DNA from: Candidatus Omnitrophota bacterium
GTDB taxonomy: Bacteria; Omnitrophota; Omnitrophia; Omnitrophales; Aquincolibacteriaceae
Direction: 5' to 3'
DNA: 64,000 bases
Assembly: GCA_022711115.1 (NCBI GenBank)
Contig: JAKLFP010000006.1
Span: forward strand, 86,214-150,213
The position numbers were made by a program, and so were the translations under genes. The notes under the pieces are model-generated. The model searched no databases and was not told the origin of the DNA. It saw nothing but the letters and a program-made list of their open reading frames with translations. Below are positions 31,901 through 43,900 of the stretch, in pieces. Within the stretch, counting starts at the first letter, position 1, and every line of letters begins with the position of its first letter.

Positions 31901-34900
31901 GACGTTTCAAAACTAATCTCATCAATCCTCATCTTCACCTGGAACATAAGCCGATACACAGCATCCCGGACCTCAGAAGGCGTACGTGCAAACACCTCCA
32001 TAGACTTGGATTCTGCTAATGTTTCCGAAACCTTTTTTGGGCTAATTTTCTCTGAAACAGTCATCACGTCGATCTTCTGCCCGATTTGAAACTCGGGTTT
32101 AGGCGCGACAGTCGGTTGAAGTGTGAGCGTGATCTCGCCTTTGTTGTTCTCGGCAGTCAATAAGAACCATCCGTATATTTCTTGGTGGGATGGCACATTC
32201 GCGAAAAAGTCGTTGCCCGTATCGTTCCAAAATGCTGAGGATTGAATCCGGCGACCTGCGCTTTGATAAATAACTTCAATGGCGTGGTCCCGCGCGATAT
32301 TCCACCGATCACCGATTTGGCGCAATGCGTCGGAAATCCGGTCAAATGTCAGCGGTTCAGAGGTCCACGTGTCTTTAGACGGAGCATAAGAAACGCTTAC
32401 AATGCGGTTCGCGTTATAACCGGTTGAACCGGCTTTCTCTTGGATATAAAGCGTCCCGCCTATCAATGCCTCGAATTTTCCTTCGTAAACAGTTCCATCC
32501 TGCATGGAAAGCTTCAACATCGTCCCCAAAGCGACATTTCCCGCTTGAGCATCCGTTTTAAATTGCGCGAACGGGACTTTGGCAAGCAACGTTTCCGCTA
32601 TGTTTTTGGCCATCCCTTCCGGCTTTGGTTGCTCTTCACCGCGCACTTCCGAGCGTTTGGAATCCACATAGGTTAGTGAGGGAGAGAGACGATCATCGGC
32701 AAAATGCAGCCAAAAAATTTCGCCTTTCTGAATAAGAATATCTCGCCATTCCATCGGACGGCTATAAGCATAACGCTGGCCTTTGCTAGAAACCTCTGCA
32801 CCGACCAGGGCCTTATCACTGAGCGAACGAAGACGGATAAGAGATTCCATCAGATCCGCGAGAGACGATTTCTTTAACGCCTTGACTTTTATGAGTGCTT
32901 CCGAGCCATGGATTATCTGGACAGCCTGCTGCGAAGCGCTAAGCCCGGAACCCGGACTCACTAGGCTTCTCAATTCCGAGCGGGACTCGGCGATGAGGAA
33001 GGAATCGCCGGCTCCGGCAATTTCGAAAGTTTTCAAATCCGGATTCAGAAAAGAGCGCCGGAACGCTTCGCCCAAGGACATCCGTCCCGCACTATCCAAT
33101 TCAATAAAAATGGCCCTGCGATGAATTTGATCCATATAGTCTCTTGCCGCAACCGGATCTTGAGGCGTTGTTTGCTCAACCATTTGCTGCCATGCTGTCG
33201 AAGGATAAACCCGCAAGGCTTTGCCTGCCTTTTCCGATACAGCGATAAGTTGAGTCTCCTCTCCTAACATGGTTCGGAAAGGTGCGGGAAGTTGGATCCT
33301 ATTTTTATCATCCACCTTGAAGGTATAAGAGCTGGTGAAGATCACCGGCGCCCGCACTTCAGAGCGGGAAATCACGGGTAAGAGACCTTTATATTTAAGA
33401 TCAGGTCTTTGTATGCCAAGAGAAAAATTTGAACTGCCATCCGCGTACCGGATCACCCATGGTTTTTCGGTTTTGCTTTGGGCTTCCAGCAGTTCAGAAA
33501 GCGATGGTAACTTCACCGGTTGGCCGTTCTTGAACCATTCCAAAACTCGGTTTTGCTGCGACGTATAGCCCAATTTTTTTGCTAGGGTCTCGCGAAGCGC
33601 TTGGGAATCCATGAACTTCATGGGCCAAGGAGCTTTAAGATCAGGCGGGAACCTTGGATTGGTGCGAATCCCGTATACTTGTTTAATTTCACCATCCTGG
33701 GTGATAAAAATTGCCTGGAGAGGGAAACGGCCGTCAAAGCTGCTTCGTAATTGGTCACCGTCAAAAAACCTGGTTTTAAACCGGCCAAAGTGAACGGAAA
33801 TGTTTTTGGCGCCGGTCCGATAAACGAGTTCATGGTCAGGTCCAAGATAAAATCCTTCGAATTCCGGGCTTCTCGGGTCCTGCGTTCCGTTGAACGCGAC
33901 AACTCCCTGCTCAACCGGCTGCTGATACTTCTGCGCCAAATCGAACAGGATTTGTTCTCCTTCAAAATAAGTGACATACGGATCAAGCGCCTGCGCGAGG
34001 TCCCTGTCCCCGAAAAGATTGCCGACGATTTTGACCGTAACGGGTTGCACTGCCTTTGCCCCTTCCGCTTGAGCAAGGCTGATGATCTCGATGCTGTTCG
34101 GATCCTTCGCAGGTTTAAAATCCACGCCCTCGATCAAATAAAGTTTGTCGCGCCAGGCCTGAAGCTGGCTAATCAATTCATTGATAGTGATCTGCGGTCC
34201 GGTTAATGGTTTCAACGTAATCCTCGATTGCCCGATCTGTATCCACCTTGTCGGGCTCGTCACGGACCGGCTGTAAAGAACTTGGGTTTCCGGTAACGCA
34301 ATGGCCGGTTCGGGTTTCTGTTCAACGGGTTCTGTTTTCTTGACTTCTTCTACAGGGGCTTGCGCTGTCTGAACCGGGGTCTTGGGAGAAGCAAATCCCT
34401 GCCGTTGCTGAGCCGCTTTCTCACGGAGTTCTTGCTCTTTCTGAGCTACTTTTGACACCCTGACATCCCACTGCCCGCTACGGCGGGCGTCGTCTTTATT
34501 CATTCGCACTTCAGAGCGGGAGGTAAGCTCGACAATTTGGACGGTAAGTCTTTTCATTTTCTCTTCAGCGGAAGTATTGAGTAATCGATAGGCCGTAAAC
34601 GGTCCCGCAAGCATTTCCGTCACTTCTTGAAAGCCATATTGCCTGACCTTCGGAATAGCGTAATTGAATTCCACAACCGTGACAGTTTGAGAAGCGCTAT
34701 CGACTTTAGCGATCACTCTTTTCCATGAAATGGAGCCGAGATTGGAATTGTCGATGCGCCAATCCTTAGAGATCAACACGCTATTTTCTAAAGTATCGAA
34801 GTCCCCTGCCGAGGTTTGAGAAGTGATCCTGCCGCTTGCCGTATTATTTTCAAGGAGCTTCAGAAGATCGCCATACGGGATGAATCTAACTTCCCCTTCC

Positions 34901-37900
34901 GCTTGCGAAATAACAAGATAAGATTTGTATGCGTCGTGTTCTTGTTCTGCGACAAAAAAGCTAAGATCGCCTGTGGTTTCATCTTTTTGGAAGTCAAGGA
35001 TCCGTTTCCCGGCAAGGAATGTTTCGATTTCTTTTTGAAGTTCCGCGGCAGAACGCCCATTCGCGGCCTCAAATTCAACCTGCCGTTCACCTTGCTTCAC
35101 GATTAATTTTTGTCCGGATTGTTCAATGATAATTGCCGGCGGCGCTGAGTAAGGCCCACCCCACGGAATGCGTCCTTTTCGGGACAGGCTGCGTACTTCC
35201 GAGCGCAACGCAGGTTTTTCCTGCGGTAATTTTCCCAAAACCGCTCTGGCCGCATCATGAACAAGGCTTTTTCCTTTTTCATCAAGACGATTTCCTGAAA
35301 CAAGCTGCTGGACAACATTGGTCACACGGGCATTTACAAAATCGATGAGATCCTGGACCGTCAAACCTGAAAATTCATAATAGGCCGGTTTGCTTTTGGC
35401 CTGCAAGGCGGCTTCATCCGTTTTTGTGATTTCGATGCCGAATCTTTCTTCGAGAGACTGCATCAGACTCATTTCATCCAGGGAATCCATGCCGAGATCT
35501 TCTACTAACCGATCCGTCAGACGAATTTCTTCCTCGATCGCGGGAGGTAAAACCTCTTTTAAAATATCGATGACCTCTTGATCAATATTTTCACTCACCG
35601 TTCCCCGCATTTCCGAGCGACTGGCCTTTCTTCTTTCATTGATGGCGTGCTGAAAGGCATTCGAAAGTATTTTGTAGGGATTTTGCGAATAAAAATAATT
35701 TTGCCACAACCAATGCGCCAGACCTGAAATCCCGATAAAAATCATGCTAAACGCAACCACGCGGGGGATCTGTTCCTCCGCCGGCAAGAAGAATGTTGCC
35801 GTCCCGATAAGAGGAAATATAATCCCCACCAGGACCTTCATAAAAGCACTGCTCCGTCGGAATTGGAGTTCAGCAAGAAAAGAGGTGGGGTTACCGTTTT
35901 CCGCTTTTTTGTAATTGTCGGCATATCGGTTTTTCATTTTTTCCCACAATTGTTCTAAGCGGTCTAAGGTTATCCGGTTTTTACTATTTGATCGGAGATA
36001 TGCTCTGACCGATTCATCAAGAGAGCGCAATTCAGACCTTGCTTCCGTAAAGAGAACAGGATTGATTAAGTCATGGCTTAAATTAAGGGCATCATATTTC
36101 AAAGCTTTTTTTTGCTGTAAAAGTTGAATGCTTTTTGAAGGAATAGTTCGAAACTCAATACGATCAAACTCTGGGACTGTTTCTGTCCTGACGTTTTTGG
36201 TCGGTTTGATGCCCATGGAAGATATCCAGCCTTCAAAGGTTGTTTCCCCTGCTTCTTCCTGAAAGAAGTAAAAACGAAGTTTGAACGGCCCTTGAACAAT
36301 GTCCTCGGGTCCCAATTCGCGGGACCGGATGGTCCCGGCAGCCCCCGCTAACCATGAAAACCACACAAGATGGGAAAATTGTGTCCTTGGCAAATGTTCG
36401 TGGTGGGAATTATAAAGTTTATCGGGAAGTGCGAGATAGTGCTGTACCGCCTTACGGTTCTTAAACAACGTGATCATAAGACCTAAGGATCCTTGCTCAT
36501 CACCTTCAAAGTCATGGGCATCCAACCGAAGCTCCCGCTCCCATCCGATGCCTCCATTTCTCATATTCCAAACAAGCGGTTGGTGGACCAGATCCGACAG
36601 TTTGAATAAAGGTCCCTGAACAGCCCGTACTTCGGAACGAGTTTCCAGCTTCCTTGGCATAAAGAAATTTCCCGCATCGTCCTTCGAATCCCCCATAGAA
36701 AGCTGCTCGATGCCTTTAAAAACTTCGGCAAAAAACTTTTTTGCTTCGGCCTGTCTTATAGATTTTGAAGCGATAGAAAATTCCACTGTGATATCACGGC
36801 CATAGCTATTCAGCATCGCCTGCGTGTGATAGTTCAAGCCTAAAAGGGTCATCTCGTCCCACGACAAAAGATTAAATCTCTGTCCGTCGCTGCGAATAAT
36901 GGCTGCTTGAAAACTCTTGTCTTGAACAAGATATTTTCTTTCGAGAAGATGTTTGGTTCTGGCGGTAGGCGCCGTGTGAAGCCCGAGAGCGTTTCCGATG
37001 CTGTATTTCTTTGCCGCGATCCAGCGATCTCCTATTTTTGTCAGCTTAAAATCAGTTTTTCTTAATTCGGAGCGCTGATCGTTCATGTAATTCGGCTTGC
37101 GGGTCACCGGAAAAGCAGGCTCGGCGGTTTTTCGGGCATATGCAAGCAGGTATTTCTGCATTTTTTCGTATTTTGTACCGACGTTGATCGGGCCTTCGAT
37201 CCCACGGATGGGCTCCGTCAGTGTGAATCCCGCGGCCCGAAGAAGTGTTTCGAAATAACTCGGCGTGACAGTAAAGACCCAGCCATTGAGAAGTCGATCG
37301 CCGCTTAATTTTTGATTTTTAGGCTTGAAGATATTTCCCCCCGGGGCCCATCGGACAAAAAGAGGCGCGTCTTTTTCGAGAAGGTCCCTGAGCGAAAGTA
37401 ATGCGTTTAGCTGTTCTTCGGGCGAAAAATAAAGGAGCACATCGCTGATAAAAATCCCTCCGAAAGTTTTCCCGTTGAAATCAGCCGTTCGGAAATCGGC
37501 GGTCATGAACCTGTCTTTAGACATGTCCCCGAAAGAGGGATCTTCGAGAGCGGCTTTGATAAGCGACGGCGAGATGTCCGTTCCCCAAAGGTCGGTAAAT
37601 CCCTGTTCCTTAAATTTCTTGAGCGCCCTTCCGATGCCCATACCCACATCAAGAATGCTTTTATCCTTGCCGGCCATCAACGCCAGGAACTGATCGATCG
37701 TTTCTTGATGCGGAGAAACGTTCCAATCGCGGAGCTTATGGCGTTCAAAATCAAGGGAGAATTCATCATCCGTCCAGTACCGGACATTGCTGATCGCCGG
37801 GTCGGGGGGTGATTTTCTGAAGGTTTCTACCGCCGCCTGGAATTCCGGAGAAGTTTCCATCAGCGTTGCCAAAACCCGGGCAAATTCCGGATGATGTCTT

Positions 37901-40900
37901 ATCTCGGAACGTTTTGGGGAAGCTGGGACTGCGGAAGATACAGGCAGCAACGGTATGAGCGGCTCATAATAATGTGGCGCCGGATTGTAGTAAGAAGAAA
38001 CGTCTTCTGTTTCTTGTGCGCGTAATTCATTGCGCGGTGGAGCAATGTAGATACCGTCAAAAACAAGTTTGCCAACCAGATTGGTCCCGGCGTATTCTCT
38101 TTTTACAATAAAATCTATCTGGGCAATGCCACCATCTAAATACAGTATTGGCACCTCTACTATTTGATTTGCATATACCCTGGGAATGTCTCTCCCATCA
38201 CTTCCATGCAGTTGTATTCTAAACTGGCTGGGCACATTAATTGTTTCAGCGCCAACATGAAGTCTCAGTATAGTATTAGTCGGCCAACTTGCCAGTGATA
38301 CGTAATTAATTTTCGCCCATGCCCCTTCCCAGTTGCCTTGCCTAAAATCAAAATTAATTGTCCATTTACCCCCTGAGATACTTTCAGTCACTCCGCTCCA
38401 AAGAATGCCATGACTGGTAACTAACGGGATCAGGGATATGTTTCCTGAGGCACTAAAAAATTCCTTCTCGAGCTCTGTGGAATTCAAAGGGCGGGTAAAG
38501 GATGCGTCTCCGTTTTTGCCGGGAACATTCGTAAGGACTGCGGAGGATCCCGTAAAATTAGCCGGATAAGTTCGTATGTCATAAGCGTTGTAATTGGTGG
38601 GGCCGGTAATATTCATCGTGACTTGATTTGTCGCAGGTCCTTTTCTGATCGACATCAGTATATTCGTCATCTGTGCCAGCGCGCTTTGCGCCTGAAGTCC
38701 GAGCACGAGCAGGCCGGTTATGACAAGTTTTGAGATCGCGCTCATCCGTACTTCAGAGCGGCCGGCGTTATTGTTGTCGTTCAGTATCTCCAGTAGTTTT
38801 AGAATGTTTGGCTGAAGAATATCTTCTGTTGAAACATACTTCCGAAGAATGGTTTCGACTTGAGCAACCCGTAAGGTCCTTTGAGCCGCTAAATCCCGTA
38901 TATCTCCGTAAAGAACACTTGCAACGCCCCCCAACCCAAAAGCAATAAGGAATGCTACTGCGCCAAATCCGAAAAGACCGATGCTCCCTATTCCTAAAGC
39001 CAACGCGAAAAGCTTATGACGTTTTAATTGGGATTCTGTTTTAAAGGAAAGCTCATTCATCCAAAACGTATATAAAACGGCTATCTGGGCAAAATCAACC
39101 TGCGCCTCCTCACCCTCCATTTGAGCCCATTTGTATATACTTTCCGCGATCTTATTCCATTCTTCTTCTTGATAAATCGTAAGCCGTTGTTTTACCCATT
39201 GAAGATCGACTTTCTCAATTGGTTTACGGGAAGCCGCCATAGATAGAATGTCATCAATAGCGCGCAAGGAATAAGGATGCGAAATTCTTCCTTTTTTGAT
39301 TGATTCGTTTAAAAAATTGATCCCCTTAAAAACTTCGGTTCTTCTTTCATCTATGAGAGGGGAAACTTCACCTGCAGGGAATGCCTCTCCACGCACCTCG
39401 GAACGTTTTTGAGAAACAGGAACTGTGGCAGGCATGAGTGATAGCCGATGACCGCTCCGGTTATAAATCACTCCATTGAGTGTTAGTGTTTGATCGTCAT
39501 TAAAATGGACGCTCTCAAGAGGAGCCTCTAAGGTTGCCCATTGGATTCCTAAATTGGGATAAGGATTGAACATGTCTATCAGATGGATCCCCGCCAAGTA
39601 ATTAGTCATACCTCCGGCGCGGACCCATTCTCCCCAAACTACCACCTTGCCATCCGGCGAAACATCCCAAACATTAGGAACCAATCCGCGATCTTCCGCT
39701 GAATCATGTAACTTAAACGTTCTCCAGGTATGCGAGCGCGGGTTTCGAAGATCAACCATTTGAAGCGTTTGAATGCCAGAGGGTAAACCTGGACCTACTT
39801 GCACCCATGTTCTAAGCTCAAAATCAGGATTGGAAGTAGCCCGGATAAAAGGTGTTGGCGAATATTGAATCAGTGGAAAAACCTGATCTGTTTTGACACG
39901 ATAAAAAGCCTCAGCCCAGTAAGGCGTCATATTCACTACGGTTTGGGTTGCTCCCACAATGCCGGCCTGTGCCGTGAACCAAGTCCCGGAAGCAAGATTG
40001 GTCGAGATCTGAACCCAGTAAGTACGGTTGGTGGAACTTTTAAAACCCATGCCCATGACTGAACCATTTTTTACAAAAGAAATTATTTCGACCAGATTCG
40101 TCATCTGTGCCAGCGCGCTTTGAGCCTGAAGTCCGAGCACAAGAAATCCAAGCAAGGCAATCTTGGAAATCGTCTTGGCGCGCATTTCGGAACGTGTCTT
40201 TGAATGATAAGTTCCGGGCAAATGATAAGTACCGGGTAATAGCTTTATATAAGTTTGCTGCCCCGGAGAAATAAAAGCCAGTTTCTCATCAAGTTTCGCC
40301 GTCACATCCACTATGTTTTCTTGCAAATTCCATGATGAGATAGCCTTAACAGTAAACAAAGGCCCTTCAGATTTCCAGGAGGGCGCACTCATCATCACAA
40401 ATCCCATCGCACTAAACGCTTCTATCGCATCCTTTTCGAATTCAGCCCTGGAATACGAACGGGCCGTCCGCGCCTCGGAACGCCGGATTCCGTTGCGGTC
40501 ATACGTCCTGTTGCCATTCAGAGTGATGGTTCCGTTTTCATTGAAGCGGATTGATTGCAACGGATCCGGAAGATCAAGAAAGATTCTTTGCTTGGTAGCT
40601 GGTTTATAAAAAACAGCACGATTGCCTAAGATTCCATAGACAACAATGACTCCATCCTGGGAAACATCCCATGGGAAAGCTGAAATACGCGCATAGTAAG
40701 CGTCATCAGAAATGATTGTCCATGTTCGATTACGCAAATTCATCATGTCAAAAAAGATATCCCATGATGTTCCCCCTGTCGTCCGCGGATCAATTCGAAA
40801 AGCGAAATCAGGGTTGGATGGGGCTCGGGTCCAACTAACAATAGATCCGGGTGATGAAGGCACAGCATACAAAGAACCGGCTTGTATTTTAAGAAACCCT

Positions 40901-43900
40901 TTCCCGGTAAAAGATCCGAACAACTGAACAGATGTTTGTGGGGTGCTAATGAAACCCGCCCAGGCAAAATTCCATGTGGGATTTGCCGTAAGATTCGTTG
41001 CAGTTAAAACGCGATGTGCGATATTGGTCCCGAAATTCGTTTCGCTGAGAAATCGTAGCCAAAGATTTGTCGGCGAGTAAGCAAACGAAGTGATCACCGG
41101 CGGGTTTATCTGCGGGATTGCGGGATACCCGATAGCACGGAAAAATCTCTGGCTTGGATTTAGAGCCAATCGATTTAAATAGAGGGCGACAGAATCCACA
41201 TAAGATTCTCGGCCGTAACCGCTGCCCATTACGTCAACTGACGTAACCGTATCGCCTTCCGCAAGTCCGAGCTCCTGAACCGTAAAAGTTCGGGTCACCC
41301 ACTGATTCTGCGGAACTAAAACAAAATTGGTATTGCTGGCTGAATTTTCATCATGCCTGTAATTAAAGTACCTGGCTACCTGATAGGCCGAGCCGTTGTT
41401 TCTCAAGCCATTCAATCGGAAATAAACTGGCGCTTCCCTCCCCGAACCGTCTCCAGTAAGTGGGGCTGAAACAATTTTGAAAGTTATATCAAATCGGCTG
41501 AAATTACTCAGCGTAATCGGTGTGTTATATTCCTGCATCATAAAACGGCCTTCACCGTAATCGGGAGGACGTGACAGGCTAACAACTCCTGTGCGTCCAT
41601 CGTAAGAAGAAAAATATCTGGGAACAGTTTCCGCATTAGTCGAATATGGGACCCAACTGTCTGGCAGGCTATTGGTAGATGATCTTTGAAGAAAATCCCC
41701 ATTGACGACCCCATCAACCACATCCGACGGAACCGTAAAGGTATAAGAAGCTGAACCATTCGTTGCCGCAACATTGGCAAAATGAAGAAAATTTGTGGCT
41801 GTCCCGTTGAAAAGCCGCTCAGCGCTTTGGATCTCATAGGTTTTGTTGGTCGCCGGCCCCGTGATGCCCAGCGTGAATTGATTGGTCGCAGGCCCTTTTC
41901 TGATCGACATCAATATGTTCTGCGCCCATCCTCCGACAGAGGACAGCATCAGGCCAATAAGAGCGGTAATCGCTAATTTGCCCCGCACTTCGGAGCGAGG
42001 TGCGACCGGAGCTGCGGAAGAAGTAGGCGGAGATTCTATTAGCGGCTCATAATAATGCGGCGTCGGGTTGTAGTAAGAAGAAACGTCTTCCGTTCCTTGT
42101 GCGCGCAATTCGTTGCGGCGTGGTGCGACATAGATGCCATCAAACACAATCCTCCCGACCATGTTGGTTCCCGCGTCTCTTTTGTCCAGAACAAAAGCAA
42201 GCTCGTTATGCGCAGTTGGCTTAAGCGGCAACTCTATAATCTGTCCCGCTTGTGGATTATGAACCCCTAGAATTTGCGTATTGGGCTTAAATTCGATTTT
42301 GATATAGGTCGGCAGATTTGTCGTACCGGCGCCAAAATGCAGCCTCAAAACCCTGTCGGCGGGAATGTACATTATATCTCCATACTTCAATCTCCCCCAC
42401 GCGCCGACTAAGCTGCTAATGTTAAAATCAAAGTCGATTGTCCATTTTTTGTCCGCTGAAATTCTCTCGACCACACCTGTCCAAATGATGCCATGGTAAT
42501 AAAATAACGGAATCCACGAGACATTCCCTACGGCACTAAAAAATTCGTGGTCTAATTGGCTCGAATTTAAAGGATGGACATAGGAGGCAATTCCACCCGT
42601 TGCGCGAATATTTGTTAAAACCATGGGTGAGCCTACGAAATTAGGGGGATAAGTTCGCAGATCATAAGCATTGTAACTTTTAGGACCAGTAATGTTCATC
42701 GTGACTTGATTTGTCGCAGGTCCTTTTCTGATCGACATCAAGATATTCGTCGCCTGCGCTAGCGCGCTTTGAACTTGAAGCCCGAGCGCAAGCAGTCCGG
42801 CCATGGCGAGTTTCGAAACCACTCCAACCCGCACTTCGAAGCGGGCGAAAGAAGTGATGAGTTGGCGGACTTCCCTGTGAACGGCAGGAGCCCCTAAAAG
42901 AGCTGAGAGGTTAAAGCGCGGAGAATTGACTTTTTTAAGATTGATATTGTCAAAACGCATCGGAAAGATTGGATCACCGTTCTCAAGAGTCGCTTCTCCA
43001 CCGGCCTTCAAGACCAGAAACGCTCCCTGAACAATATCCCAGATTGACGGAGTGGGTTTCATGTAAAAGATCTCAGGGTCTCCTTGGTTATAAACACCGC
43101 TTGAAATGACGCGCCCGATATTGATAAACCCGGATTCTCCTTTATTGAAGATCACTGAACGAGCCGCCGCCTGAACGGCCGCATAGTAAGGCGCCGGAGA
43201 AACTCCGGCTTTATCGGATTGATAAATAGCAACCCTGGCATTTGCAAGGGTACCGGCTGCAGGATCGATCCAAACGGGTTTTCCGTTCAATAAAACTCCG
43301 GGCCGATCCCGGGTGGCGGTCCACATCGAGCTGCCTGTTCCGTCAACATCGTATTCGGGAGCAAAAATAACTGAAAGGACCGGCATGCCGTCTTCAAGCA
43401 GAAGAAGCGCGGTATCATAGCCTTTCTTTTTTGTCTCATAAGCTTTAGTGCCATCAATAGGGTCCACGATCCAGACATGCTTCGCTTTCTTGGCATTCTC
43501 GATCAGCTGCCTGTTCGCTTCCAGATCGGCATCGTCCTGAGAAAAATTTTCTTCACCGAGGACCACAGAATCAGGCACGATCCTGGGAAGTTCAAGATTG
43601 AAGAGATTCTGAATGTCTCGATCAGCCTTTGTTTGCCCTGAGTTGTCACTTTTGACGACGCGATCCAGATCGGAAGACTGAAGGGCTTTTCGCATAATTT
43701 CACCGGCTTGTCTGGCTAGGCTTTCAACTTCACTCAGCGCTTTTTGAACTTCGCCCGGTGTTAAATCCCGCATTTCGGAACGAGATTTTGGTTTTCCGAG
43801 ACGGACGAAAAATTTATGATCCATGTGACCAATGGCGGTTGTCCGTGCTACCGGACGATCTCGATAAGTCTCATCGATCTTGTGCACCCGCAAACCTTTG

